Assembly (NCBI GenBank): GCA_041639635.1
Contig: JBEQBV010000001.1
Location: 2,561-66,560, forward strand
Source: Novosphingobium sp.
GTDB lineage: Bacteria > Pseudomonadota > Alphaproteobacteria > Sphingomonadales > Sphingomonadaceae
Direction of reading: 5' to 3'
DNA length: 64,000 nt
Shown: in pieces, positions 21,604-31,660 of the stretch
Layout: each line of letters opens with the position of its first letter
How positions within the stretch are numbered: the stretch's first letter is position 1
Position numbers and translations under genes: made by a program
Notes under the pieces: model-generated
Databases searched by the model: none
What the model was told of the DNA's origin: nothing
Seen by the model: only the letters and a program-made list of their open reading frames with translations

Positions 21604-23883
21604 TCAATCGCACTCGATTGAACGCTCCTGCGCCCAATCGACAAGAGCGGCGCGCATGTCACGCGGCGGTTCGGCCAGCCAGCGATCCATCGCGCCACGG
21701 ATTTCGGCAATGTCGATCTTGCGCACCAGCTCCTTGACCGGGCCAACCGCAGCAGGCGTGATCGACAAGCGGGTAATGCCAAGGCCAAGCAGGGCCAGCG
21801 CTTCCAACCGGCGTCCGCCCATTTCGCCGCAGACGGTTACGTCGGTGCCAAAGGGCGCAACGCTGGAAACCACACGACGCAGGAAGCGCAGGATGGCGGG
21901 CGAGAGCCAATCGTAGCGCTCCGCCAGCTTGGGATTGGCGCGATCGGCGGCGAAGAGAAACTGCGTCAGGTCATTGGTGCCGATCGACAGGAACGACAGG
22001 CGCGGCGCGAGCACATCGAGGCATTCGGCCAGTGCGGGCACTTCCAGCATCGCGCCATAACGGATCGCCTCGGGCAGCAGCTTCTTGCGCTGGCGCAGGA
22101 ACGCCAGCTGGCCTTCGAACACGGCCTTGGCTGCATCGAATTCCCACGGTTCTGTGACCATCGGAAACATGACGTTGAGTGTGCGGCCACCTGAAGCTTC
22201 GAGCAAGGCGCGCGCCTGCACCTTGAGCAGACCATCGCGTTCCAGCGCGACGCGCAACGCTCGCCAGCCCATGGCGGGGTTTTCCTCGGCTTCACCTTCG
22301 TTGTGGCGCAGATAGGGCAGGACCTTGTCTCCGCCGATATCAACCGTGCGGAACACCACCGGTTTGTCTCCGGCAGCGTCGAGCACATCGCGGTAGAGCC
22401 GGGTCTGGCGTTCGCGCGAGGGGAGCGTGGCCGAGACGAGGAACTGAAATTCGGTGCGGAACAGGCCGATCCCGTCTGCGCCGGTCAGCCCCAGCATCGG
22501 CGTATCGTCGCGCAGGCCCGCGTTCATCAACACGGTCACGCGCGTGCCATCGCGGCTGAATGGTTCCACATCGCGCATCGTGGCGTAATGCGCCTGCTTT
22601 TCACGGTTCTTGGCAAAGCGCGCTTCGAACGCCTCGATCAGCGTGGGCGCGGCGCGGACATCGACGACGCCCTGATCGCCATCGAGCAGCAGATGATCGC
22701 CTTCGCGCACTTTGCCGCGAAGCGCGCGCATGCGGCCAACCACGGGAATGCCCATGGCGCGGGCCACGATCACGACATGCGCAGTTAATGAGCCTTCTTC
22801 GAGGATCACGCCCTTCAACCGCCGCCGATCATATTCCAGCAGTTCAGCAGGACCAAGATTGCGGGCGATCAGAATGGCATCGCCCTTCAGCCCCATCGTG
22901 GCCGCGGTGCCAAGTTGGCCGGAAACAATGCGCAGCAGGCGGTTGGACAGATCTTCCAGATCGTGCATCCGGTCTGCCAGCAGCGGATCGTCAATCTGGC
23001 GCATGCGCATGCGGGTGCGCTGCTGCACGCGCTCTATCGCGGCTTCGGCGGTGAGCCCGGAATCGATGGCTTCATTGATGCGGCGCGACCAGCCTTCATC
23101 GTAGGCAAACATGCGGTAGGTTTCGAGGACCTCCTCATGCTCTCCGCCCATGCCGAATTCGGCCTGGCTGGCCATGCGATCAATCTGTTCGCGCATCTTG
23201 TCGAACGCGAGGTACACGCGCTGGCGTTCAGCCTCGGTATCTTCGGCGACGACGTGTTCGATGGTGACACGGGGCTGGTGGAACACCGCAACGCCGCTGG
23301 CGAGGCCCTTTACCAGTGTGAGGCCGGTGATCCGGTCCGGTCCGGTGAGGTGCGCGGGCACGCCCAGCACTTCTTCATCATCGATCAGTTCGGCGTTGGC
23401 GATCAGTTCCGACAAGACCATCGCCACGGTCTGCAGCGCCTCGATCTCCACCTCTTCATAGCGGCGTGGTTCGACATGCTGGACTGCGACCACGCCCACC
23501 GCACGTTCGCGCCGCACGATGGGCACACCGGCAAAGGAGTGGAACTTTTCTTCACCCGTTTCGGGGCGGAACGCGAAGTCAGGATGCGCGGCAGCTTCGG
23601 CAAGGTTCAGTGTTTCCACATTGCCTGCAATCGTGCCGACCAGACCCTCACCCACAGCCAGGCGTGTGACGTGGACGGCCGCCTGATTGAGGCCGCGTGT
23701 GGCAAACAGTTCGAGCATGCCTTCGCGCAGCAGGTAGATCGAGCAGACCTCTGAATCGAGGTTGTTGCCGATCACTTCGACAATCTGGTTCAGTTTGGCC
23801 TGAGCACCGGCGCGCGAGGCCATCACCTCGTGCAGGGAGGTCAATATCTGGCGGGCGGCGGTGACGGCACTGAGCATGGGCAT
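21604..23883 (-). CDS. ptsP: phosphoenolpyruvate-protein phosphotransferase PtsP (EI-Ntr, GAF domain)
   Basis: N-terminal GAF domain, the phospho-His region GSLTAHVVIVARAMGIPVV and a PEP-utilizer C-terminal TIM barrel. Confidence 0.92.
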   Translation of the reverse strand: MPMLSAVTAARQILTSLHEVMASRAGAQAKLNQIVEVIGNNLDSEVCSIYLLREGMLELFATRGLNQAAVHVTRLAVGEGLVGTIAGNVETLNLAEAAAHPDFAFRPETGEEKFHSFAGVPIVRRERAVGVVAVQHVEPRRYEEVEIEALQTVAMVLSELIANAELIDDEEVLGVPAHLTGPDRITGLTLVKGLASGVAVFHQPRVTIEHVVAEDTEAERQRVYLAFDKMREQIDRMASQAEFGMGGEHEEVLETYRMFAYDEGWSRRINEAIDSGLTAEAAIERVQQRTRMRMRQIDDPLLADRMHDLEDLSNRLLRIVSGQLGTAATMGLKGDAILIARNLGPAELLEYDRRRLKGVILEEGSLTAHVVIVARAMGIPVVGRMRALRGKVREGDHLLLDGDQGVVDVRAAPTLIEAFEARFAKNREKQAHYATMRDVEPFSRDGTRVTVLMNAGLRDDTPMLGLTGADGIGLFRTEFQFLVSATLPSRERQTRLYRDVLDAAGDKPVVFRTVDIGGDKVLPYLRHNEGEAEENPAMGWRALRVALERDGLLKVQARALLEASGGRTLNVMFPMVTEPWEFDAAKAVFEGQLAFLRQRKKLLPEAIRYGAMLEVPALAECLDVLAPRLSFLSIGTNDLTQFLFAADRANPKLAERYDWLSPAILRFLRRVVSSVAPFGTDVTVCGEMGGRRLEALALLGLGITRLSITPAAVGPVKELVRKIDIAEIRGAMDRWLAEPPRDMRAALVDWAQERSIECD

Positions 23884-24035
23884 AGGACTACCCTAGCGCA
23901 GGTGATTTGGGAATGTTGCCTGAAATCCGATGCGGTGGCGAAAGTGGTGTGGATAGGTATTCTTGGGGCCTGCGCCCTTCCATCGTCATTATCGCGGAGT
24001 CGGGAATGACGAAGTGTCTTTGTTGCGAGAGCTTT

Positions 24036-24066
24036 AACGCAAAAGAGCCGCCCTGCTGGGCGGCTC
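24036..24066 (-). terminator. intrinsic terminator after the DUF465 gene
   Basis: 9-bp stem gagccgccc/gggcggctc followed on the minus strand by ttttgcgtt. Confidence 0.6.
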
Positions 24067-24092
24067 CCAAAGCGAAACAAGATAAGGCGGGA

Positions 24093-24251
24093 TCAATGCA
24101 GACCGTTGATCGCTTCCTTGATCTTCAGCTTCTTTCGCTTGAGCTGGGCGACCAGCCTGTCATCGGGGAGGGGCCGGGACATTTCTGCCTGAATTTGTTT
24201 TTCAAGGCCGGCGTGCTTGTTCTGGAGAGCGCTGATATGCGTCGATTCCAT
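24093..24251 (-). CDS. DUF465 (YdcH-like) small protein
   Basis: MESTHISALQNKHAGLEKQIQAEMSRPLPDDRLVAQLKRKKLKIKEAINGL. It has a strong RBS (AAAGGAGGAAAACGC ATG). Confidence 0.75.
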   Translation of the reverse strand: MESTHISALQNKHAGLEKQIQAEMSRPLPDDRLVAQLKRKKLKIKEAINGLH

Positions 24252-24531
24252 GCGTTTTCCTCCTTTGGGGAAAGCCCCCGTCAGACATCTGCACCACGCC
24301 ATCCCGAAGTGGATGATGATGCAGCCAAGCGCCACAGCACCGTGCCGGTTTCGTCATGATTCCGACTCGTGCCGTCAGCGCGTTGTCATGCTCCCACATT
24401 ACTCGTATCTTGCAAGTGCAGCCGCGCCGGATCGTGTCGGTTTATGGGTTGATCCGTAGGTCGCCGGTAAGACACGTCCGGGCTTGGTGGAAATTTTGGC
24501 GTTGTTTGCGTGTGAGGGAGTTGGGCTGAAC

Positions 24532-24729
24532 GTGACCGAAGAGGAAATGCGCAAAAGGCTTGCAGCGTTGACCATCGAGCATCGCGATCTGGATGCTGCG
24601 ATTGACGCGCTGACCTCTGCCGGAACGCGCGATCAGTTGCAGATTGCCAGACTCAAGAAACGCAAATTGCTGCTCAAGGATCAGATCGCCATGATCGAGG
24701 ATTATCTGATCCCGGATATTATCGCGTGA
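24532..24729 (+). CDS. DUF465 (YdcH-like) small protein, second paralog
   Basis: …EEEMRKRLAALTIEHRDLDAAIDALTSAGTRDQLQIARLKKRKLLLKDQIAMIEDYLIPDIIA. The start is uncertain (GTG 24532, or ATG about 24547). Confidence 0.7.
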   Translation: MTEEEMRKRLAALTIEHRDLDAAIDALTSAGTRDQLQIARLKKRKLLLKDQIAMIEDYLIPDIIA

Positions 24730-24820
24730 TATCAACACTATGATATACGCCTGACGAGACGCGCACTTGTCCCGTTAAGAAACGTTCAGGAAATGGGACA
24801 GTCTGCGGGCCGCTGGCCAG

Positions 24821-25345
24821 TTGGCGAAACCGCAACAGGGGGCCTATGCGGATTGCATGGCGTTGTTACCCAGCCTTAACCCGCGCATCATTGAAGCGCT
24901 CTATGCCGAAGCCCTTGGCCTTGCCGAGGCCGTGCGTCAGCGGTTTGAGCGGCTGCGCGTGGAAACGGCGGCGAACGGTGGTGATGATGATGAAGACTTG
25001 CGCCGGGTGCAGGTAAGCTGCGAGGCCTTGCGCACGACGACGCGGGTGATGCACTGCCTGGCATGGCTCCTGAACCATCGCGCGCACTTTGCAGGCGAAC
25101 TTTCGGAACTCCAACTGCGTCGCCACGGACGGCTGATCGCAAACTTTCCGGCAAGCGAGGAAGCCGTGGTGGAAAGTCTGCCCGCCGATGTCCGCGATCT
25201 CGTTCATGAAAGCGAGCGACTGTATCAGCGCATTCAGCGACTTGAAGCCTCATGGCGCACGCAAACCCTGACCGGGGACAGCGCGGTGCGCCGCCTGCGC
25301 GAACGATTGGTCCGCGCAGTAAGCGATGCCCCCAGTGCAGCTTGA
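24821..25345 (+). CDS. DUF1465 family protein (RcdA-type protease adaptor family)
   Basis: …LNPRIIEALYAEALGLAEAVRQRF… and …RVQVSCEALRTTTRVMHCLAWLLNHRA… The start is TTG 24821 or ATG 24857. Confidence 0.7.
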   Translation: MAKPQQGAYADCMALLPSLNPRIIEALYAEALGLAEAVRQRFERLRVETAANGGDDDEDLRRVQVSCEALRTTTRVMHCLAWLLNHRAHFAGELSELQLRRHGRLIANFPASEEAVVESLPADVRDLVHESERLYQRIQRLEASWRTQTLTGDSAVRRLRERLVRAVSDAPSAA

Positions 25346-25366
25346 TTCAAAACGATCAATTTGACG

Positions 25367-26845
25367 TCATGACGCAGTAGGAAGCAGGCTTTCCAGCAGC
25401 GCCACTTCTTCAGCACTGAACCACAGACCCAATTTTGAGCGGCGCCACAGCACATCCTGGGCAGTCTGCGCCCATTCGCGCGTGACAAGGTGATCCAGCT
25501 CGGCCTCGGTAAAGCCCTGACCGATGGCCCGCCCCATATCACCCCGCACAAACCCCAGCGCTTCGGTGCCATAAGCGCGGGCAAGGCGGTGGACGGTGGC
25601 GCGCGACAAGTTCTGTGCCTGAGCGTGGATTTCCTGTTCCAGCGGGGCCAGGTTATCGGCCTCGTCCATGCCATCGGGTTTGAAATCGCCGCCCGGCAGC
25701 GGGGCACTGGCGGTCCACCCGGCATTGTCCATCAGGCCAAGACGTTCGAGCGCCGCTTCGGCCAAAGTGCGGTGCGTGGTGATCTTGCCGCCGAGCACCG
25801 ACAGCAGCGGCGCGCCGTGCCCATCGCTGCCCCGATCAAGTTCGAACCGATAGCCGCGCGTGGCTGCTTCGGGCTTGCCGCTGCCATCATCGGCCAGCAG
25901 GCGCACCCCGGCATAAGTCCAGACGACATCGGCGCGCGAAAGCTGACGACGAAAGTGGCGATTGGCTGCGGCGAGCAGATAGCCGATCTCTGCCTCGCTG
26001 ACCCGCGGCGGATCGGCATCGGCACCTTCTTCGCTGTCGGTCGTGCCAATCAAGGTGAAAGCATGTTGCCAGGGAATAGCAAAGCACACGCGCCCATCGG
26101 ACAATTGCAGGAACAATGCGCGCGGATCATCGTGCAGGCGTGGCACCACGATGTGCGAGCCGCGCACCTTGCGCAAAGTGCCGGGCCGTGACGCATGGGC
26201 CGCATCGAGCAACTGGCCGACTTGCGGCCCAGCGGCGTTGATCGTCATCGCGGCGTGGAAAACCTCTCCGCCAGCGTCAATGCGCCACAAGTGCCCTTCG
26301 CGGCGCAGGGCGGTGACCGCACATCGCGTCCGCACATCCGCCCCCCGGTCTGCCGCATCGCGGGCAAGCAACACGACCAGCCGCGCATCGTCCACCCAGC
26401 AATCGGAGTATTCATACCCGCGACGGATGTCGGATTGCAGGCCCATGCGCCCTTCAAGCCGCACGCGCCGCGTGGGCGGCAGCGTTCTGCGCCCGCCGAT
26501 CCGGTCATAAAGCCACAGCCCTGCGCGCAGCATCCACCACGGGCGGCCTTCGGGCACGATCGGCAGCACGAAGCGCAGCGGCCACACGATGTGCGGGGCT
26601 TGGTGCCACAGGATTTCGCGTTCGTGCAGCGCTTCGGCCACCAGCGCGAATTCGCGGTGTTCAAGATAACGCAGACCGCCATGGATCAGTTTGGTCGAAG
26701 CAGACGATGTGCCTTGCGCCAGATCGCCACGTTCCAGCAACAGCACCGACAGGCCCCGCCCCGCCGCATCGCGCGCAATCGCCGCGCCATTCACTCCGCC
26801 GCCGATTACGGCCAGATCGTACGGGGCATCCATCGGGCTTTGCAT
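25367..26845 (-). CDS. glpD: FAD-dependent glycerol-3-phosphate dehydrogenase
   Basis: Dinucleotide fold YDLAVIGGGVNGAAIARDAAGRG and …GTSSASTKLIHGGLRYLE… The start is taken at MQSPMDAPYD. Confidence 0.9.
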   Translation of the reverse strand: MQSPMDAPYDLAVIGGGVNGAAIARDAAGRGLSVLLLERGDLAQGTSSASTKLIHGGLRYLEHREFALVAEALHEREILWHQAPHIVWPLRFVLPIVPEGRPWWMLRAGLWLYDRIGGRRTLPPTRRVRLEGRMGLQSDIRRGYEYSDCWVDDARLVVLLARDAADRGADVRTRCAVTALRREGHLWRIDAGGEVFHAAMTINAAGPQVGQLLDAAHASRPGTLRKVRGSHIVVPRLHDDPRALFLQLSDGRVCFAIPWQHAFTLIGTTDSEEGADADPPRVSEAEIGYLLAAANRHFRRQLSRADVVWTYAGVRLLADDGSGKPEAATRGYRFELDRGSDGHGAPLLSVLGGKITTHRTLAEAALERLGLMDNAGWTASAPLPGGDFKPDGMDEADNLAPLEQEIHAQAQNLSRATVHRLARAYGTEALGFVRGDMGRAIGQGFTEAELDHLVTREWAQTAQDVLWRRSKLGLWFSAEEVALLESLLPTAS

Positions 26846-26927
26846 CCGCCCACCCTGATACCTAGCGTCACGTTGTGCAAGGTTGCATGGCAGCAGGACT
26901 ATGCCCATAGCGGTTCCATGGCCCAAA

Positions 26928-27835
26928 TGCCCCCTATCCCCGATCGCAGCGAATGGCCTGTTGGCCGCGCCGAAGTGCTTGAGCCGCTGGTCCGGCGCGT
27001 GTTGGCGCCGAACCCTTCACCTTATACATTCACCGGCACGCAGACCTATATCGTGGGCGCAGGGGCGGATGTGGCGGTGATCGATCCCGGCCCCTACGGA
27101 TCAGGCGATGCCGTGGGCATGGAAAGCGAAGGGCATGTCGAAGCAATCCTTGCCGCCGTGGGCGATGCCCGGATTGCTGCCATCGTCTGCACGCACACGC
27201 ACCGCGATCACAGCCCTGCGACGCGCCCGCTAAAGGCAGCCACTGGCGCGCCGATCATCGGCTGTGCGCCATTGACGCTGGACGACGATGGCCCCCGCGC
27301 CGATGCGGCTTTCGATGCCGACTATGCGCCAGACCGGGTCTTAGCCGATGGGGAGCGGATTTCGGGCGATGGCTGGACACTGGAAACGGTGGCAACGCCG
27401 GGGCACACCAGCAACCACTTGTGCTATTCCGTGGTGGAAAGCGGCGCGCTGTTTACCGGCGATCATGTGATGGGCTGGTCCACATCGGTCGTATCGCCGC
27501 CCGATGGCGATATGGCCGCCTATATGGCCAGCCTGCAGAAGCTGCATGACCGCGAAGATCGCGTGCTCTATCCGGCGCATGGACCGCAAATCGACAATCC
27601 GCGCCAGTTGGTGCGCGGAATGATGGGGCATCGTCGGCAACGCGAACGCCAGATTGTGCGATTGCTGGAAGAGAGCGGACCGCACGCCATCCCTGAATTC
27701 GTGAGCGCCATGTACAAGGGCCTCGACGCGCGCCTGCATGGTGCAGCGGGGCGTTCCGTTCTCGCACATCTGATCGATCTGGAACGGCAAGGCCGCGTGG
27801 CCGTTGAAGGTGAACGATGGATGATCCGCACCTGA
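26928..27835 (+). CDS. MBL-fold metallo-hydrolase
   Basis: HTHRDH (HxHxDH) motif, with a downstream …TPGHTSNH… The first 730 nt of ORF 26195.. are antisense to glpD and are discarded. Confidence 0.85.
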
Positions 27836-28470
27836 CCACTTCACCCACCCCCACCGTGAAGCGCGACGCTTCACTGGCGCGGGTATCGTTTCTGCCATGG
27901 GCGCTGTTTCTGGTGGCGCTTTGTGCCGCAGTGTTTTTTGCGTGGAAGTGGTGGCAGCCCGAAGACATCGGTGACCCATTGGCGACGAGCCTTGTCGCTT
28001 TTGAAAAGCAGGACAAGCTGACCGTGTTCAGCGCAGAGCTTGCGCCGGTCGTCTCCAGCAACGATTCGCGCATGTTCGGCCTCGTCAATTCCAAACAAGT
28101 GGCAGTGATCCCCGCCCGGATCGATTACACCATCGATCTTGCCAAAGTGGGGCGTGAACGGCTGAGCTGGAATGCGGAAACGCAGACGCTGGCCGTAAAG
28201 CTTCCGCCACTTACCGTGAGCCGCCCCAATCTTGACGAAGCGCGCGCGCAATATCTGCGCGATGGCATCTGGATCACGCGCGAGGCGCAAGACAAGCTGA
28301 CGCGCGACAACACGCGCCTTGCCGAAGCGCAAGCGGTGAAACAGGCGGCCAATCCGGTGCTGCTGAACCTTGCCAAGCAGGCTGCCAAGGAAGCGATTAG
28401 CCAGAATGTTTCGATCCCGCTGCAAGTCGCGGGGTATCGACAGGCCAAAGTTGTGGTGACGTTCGAATGA
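27817..28470 (+). CDS. membrane-anchored DUF4230-like protein
   Basis: One N-terminal TM segment (FLPWALFLVALCAAVFFAW), then …VIPARIDYTIDLAKV…LAVKLPPLTVSRPNLD… The family call is tentative. Confidence 0.55.
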   Translation: MDDPHLTTSPTPTVKRDASLARVSFLPWALFLVALCAAVFFAWKWWQPEDIGDPLATSLVAFEKQDKLTVFSAELAPVVSSNDSRMFGLVNSKQVAVIPARIDYTIDLAKVGRERLSWNAETQTLAVKLPPLTVSRPNLDEARAQYLRDGIWITREAQDKLTRDNTRLAEAQAVKQAANPVLLNLAKQAAKEAISQNVSIPLQVAGYRQAKVVVTFE

Positions 28471-28553
28471 CCAACACTATTGCTAGAGCGCGCACTGCCC
28501 CTTAAGTCCGCGCTTCAGCCCGGCACGGTTTGGCCGGTGGAGGAAGCCTTGCG

Positions 28554-29552
28554 ATGACTGCCCAGCCGACCAACCTTTCCGGCCTTGACCTGCGCGAAGA
28601 GATCAACCGTCTGCGCAAGGAACGCAACGCAGTGATCCTGGGGCACTATTATCAGCGCCCGGAAATTCAGGACATTGCCGATTTCGTGGGCGACAGTCTG
28701 GAGCTTTCGCGCAAGGCGGCGGAGACCGATGCCGATGTGATCGCGTTTTGCGGCGTGAAGTTCATGGCCGATACCGCCAAGATCCTGTCCCCGCAAAAGA
28801 TCGTGGTTCTGCCCGATCTGAAAGCCGGTTGCAGCCTTGAGGATTCGTGCCCACCCGACAAGTTCAAGGCGTTCCGCGAAGCCCACCCCGATCATATTGC
28901 GCTGACCTATATCAACTGCTCGACCGAGGTGAAGGCGCTGTCGGACGTGATCGTCACGTCATCAAGCGCAGAGACGATCCTTGCGCAGATCCCGCCCGAA
29001 CAGAAGATCATCTTCGGCCCAGACCGCCATCTTGGCGGCTATCTGAACCGCAAGTTCGGGCGCGATATGCTGCTGTGGCCCGGCGTGTGCATCGTGCATG
29101 AGGCTTTCAGCGAAACCGAACTGCTCAAGCTGATGGCGCAGCACCCCGGCGCGCCGGTGGCAGGCCACCCGGAATGCCCGCCGCATATCCTTGATCATTG
29201 CGACTATGTCGGCTCGACCAGCGGCATCCTGCAATTCGCCAAGACCTTCACCGGCGATACCCTAATCGTGGCGACCGAGCCGCACATCATTTACCAGATG
29301 CAGCTGGCCATCCCCGACAAGACCTTCATCGGTGCACCGGGTGCAGACGGCAACTGCAACTGCAACATCTGCCCGTACATGGCGCTCAACACGATGGAAA
29401 AGCTCTATATCGCGCTGCGCGATCTGCAGCCCCGGATCGAGATTGAGGAGCCGATGCGGCTTGCCGCCAAGAAGAGCCTCGACCGCATGCTGGAAATGGC
29501 CAGCGGCACCGTGGGGATGGGCGATCTGGGCGCACGGCCATTTGGCAGTTAA
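28554..29552 (+). CDS. nadA: quinolinate synthase
   Basis: …RKERNAVILGHYYQRPEIQDIADFVGDSLELS… plus the C-terminal Cys cluster region. Confidence 0.95.
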   Translation: MTAQPTNLSGLDLREEINRLRKERNAVILGHYYQRPEIQDIADFVGDSLELSRKAAETDADVIAFCGVKFMADTAKILSPQKIVVLPDLKAGCSLEDSCPPDKFKAFREAHPDHIALTYINCSTEVKALSDVIVTSSSAETILAQIPPEQKIIFGPDRHLGGYLNRKFGRDMLLWPGVCIVHEAFSETELLKLMAQHPGAPVAGHPECPPHILDHCDYVGSTSGILQFAKTFTGDTLIVATEPHIIYQMQLAIPDKTFIGAPGADGNCNCNICPYMALNTMEKLYIALRDLQPRIEIEEPMRLAAKKSLDRMLEMASGTVGMGDLGARPFGS

Positions 29553-29555
29553 GAC

Positions 29556-30449
29556 TTAGTCCGCCTTACCCTCACCCAACCGCGCCAGCACCAGCGCCGC
29601 GCCGACCAGCGCCATGCCGATGGCGTCTGGAAGGGCAAGCGTCTCGTCAAAGGCCACCCAGCCGACCAGCACCGAGACTGCAGGCTGGGTGAGAAGAACG
29701 AGGCCGATCACCAGCGGCGGGAAATGGCGCAGGGAGTAAACCAGCAGGCCCTGCCCCACGATCTGGCTGGCCAGCATCAGGCCGATGACCGGGCGCCAGT
29801 CATTGGGCCAGACCGGTTCGCCCAAGGCCAGTGCCGTCACCAGCATCACCGGCACCCCGGCAAGGCTTGACCAGAACAGCAGGCTCCACGATCCGAAGCG
29901 CCCGCGAATGCCCTGCACCAGCAGGATGTAGACGACGTAGAACAACCCGGCGAGGATGCAGAACAGGTCTCCCGCCAGCGTACGCGCATCGATTTCCATC
30001 GATCGGCCCAGCAGCAGACCCGCCCCGCCCAGCGCCATCGCCACCGCCGCAAACTCGCGCATGTGCGGGCGGCGGTGCATCGTCACCAGCCCCCAGATCA
30101 TGAGGATCACGCTGCCCGAATTGCCGAACAGCGTTGCATTGCCCAGCTTGGTCATCTCGATCCCGACATGCCAGCTGGCAAGGTCCAGCGCGAACACCAC
30201 GCCCGCCGCCACGATGATCCACCAATCCTTGCGCGCAAAGCCCCACATCGGCTCGCGCCCGCGCAAGGCGAACAGCGCCAGCAGCGGCAATGCCAGCGCC
30301 AGCCGCCATAGCCCTGCTGATACCGGCCCGCTATCGGCCACGCGCACGAACCATGGCCCGAGCGCGAGGGCAATGTTTCCTGTCAGCAGCGCAAGGAAAT
30401 GCTTCGGGCCGGGGCGGAATGACAAGGCTGCGTCACTTGAAATCGTCAT
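29556..30449 (-). CDS. DMT superfamily (EamA-like) transporter
   Basis: Ten hydrophobic segments and a duplicated EamA-like architecture. Confidence 0.8.
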   Translation of the reverse strand: MTISSDAALSFRPGPKHFLALLTGNIALALGPWFVRVADSGPVSAGLWRLALALPLLALFALRGREPMWGFARKDWWIIVAAGVVFALDLASWHVGIEMTKLGNATLFGNSGSVILMIWGLVTMHRRPHMREFAAVAMALGGAGLLLGRSMEIDARTLAGDLFCILAGLFYVVYILLVQGIRGRFGSWSLLFWSSLAGVPVMLVTALALGEPVWPNDWRPVIGLMLASQIVGQGLLVYSLRHFPPLVIGLVLLTQPAVSVLVGWVAFDETLALPDAIGMALVGAALVLARLGEGKAD

Positions 30450-30523
30450 GGCCGCGCCTTAATCCAGTTGCAAAGCGAAACCCAGTGCGGTTCGCCGAGT
30501 GTTGAATTGAAAGGCCTCCTAGC

Positions 30524-31642
30524 ATGCATGACCCGTTGTTCCAGTCCATCCGCCTTGGCGCGATCGAAGCACCCAACCGGATCGTGATGGCCCCGCTCAC
30601 CCGTGGCCGCGCCACCGGTGACAGCGTGCCGACGCCGATCATGATCGAATACTATCGCCAGCGCGCCAGCGCCGGACTGATCATCACCGAAGCCACCGGC
30701 ATCAGCCGCGAGGGCCTTGGCTGGCCCAGCGCGCCGGGTATCTGGAGCGATGAACAGACCGACGCGTGGAAGCCGATTGTCGATGCGGTACATGCCGAAG
30801 GCGGACGCATTGTGCTGCAGCTGTGGCACATGGGGCGCGTTGTGCATTCCAGCTTCCTTGGCGGCCAGCCGCCCGTTTCGGCATCCGCCACAACGGCGCC
30901 GGGCCATGCCCACACGGCTGAAGGGACGAAGCCCTATGAACAGGCCCGCCCTTTGCGCGCTGATGAAATGCCGCGCCTGATCGCCGATTATCGGCGCGCG
31001 GCTGAGAACGCGAAGAAAGCCGGGTTCGATGGCGTGCAGCTTCATGCCGCCAATGGCTATCTGATCGACCAGTTCCTGCGAGATGGCACGAACTTGCGCG
31101 ATGACGATTACGGCGGCAGCCCGCAGAACCGCGTGCGGTTGATGCGCGAAGTGCTGGAAGAACTGATCGCGGTCTGGGGCAAGGACCGGGTTTCGATCCG
31201 CCTTTCGCCCAATGGCGATTCGCAAGGGGTGAATGACAGCAACCCCGCCGCGACGTTTGGCGAAGCAGCGCGCGTGCTGGAGGAGTTGGGCGTGAGCTTT
31301 GTCGAACTGCGCCAGCCGGGGCCGGATGGCACCTTTGGCGCAACCGAAGTGCCCAAGCAGGATGGGCTGATCCGTTCGATCTATACAGGGCCGCTGATAC
31401 TCAACAGCGACTACACGCCGGCGGAGGCAGCAACCGATGTGGCATCAGGCCGCGCCGACGCCATCAGCTTTGGCCGCCCGTTCATCTCCAACCCCGATCT
31501 GGTTGACCGCATCCACAAGGGCGCGCACCTCAATCCCAATGTCGATGTGCCACAGACGTGGTATTTCCCCGGCGAACACGGCTATACCGATTACCCGACG
31601 CTTGCGCAGGAAGCGGCTGCAGAGGAAACTGCAACCGCCTGA
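30524..31642 (+). CDS. Old Yellow Enzyme family alkene reductase (NemA-like)
   Basis: …NRIVMAPLTRGRA… and …HAANGYLIDQFLRDGTN…. Confidence 0.92.
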   Translation: MHDPLFQSIRLGAIEAPNRIVMAPLTRGRATGDSVPTPIMIEYYRQRASAGLIITEATGISREGLGWPSAPGIWSDEQTDAWKPIVDAVHAEGGRIVLQLWHMGRVVHSSFLGGQPPVSASATTAPGHAHTAEGTKPYEQARPLRADEMPRLIADYRRAAENAKKAGFDGVQLHAANGYLIDQFLRDGTNLRDDDYGGSPQNRVRLMREVLEELIAVWGKDRVSIRLSPNGDSQGVNDSNPAATFGEAARVLEELGVSFVELRQPGPDGTFGATEVPKQDGLIRSIYTGPLILNSDYTPAEAATDVASGRADAISFGRPFISNPDLVDRIHKGAHLNPNVDVPQTWYFPGEHGYTDYPTLAQEAAAEETATA

Positions 31643-31660
31643 TCTCAGGAGAATAACCGC

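Noticed and set aside
26195-26927. 5' 730 nt of ORF 26195..27835
   Set aside because: This part is antisense to glpD. The MBL-hydrolase homology only begins at MAQMPPIPD (ATG 26928), so the gene was trimmed.
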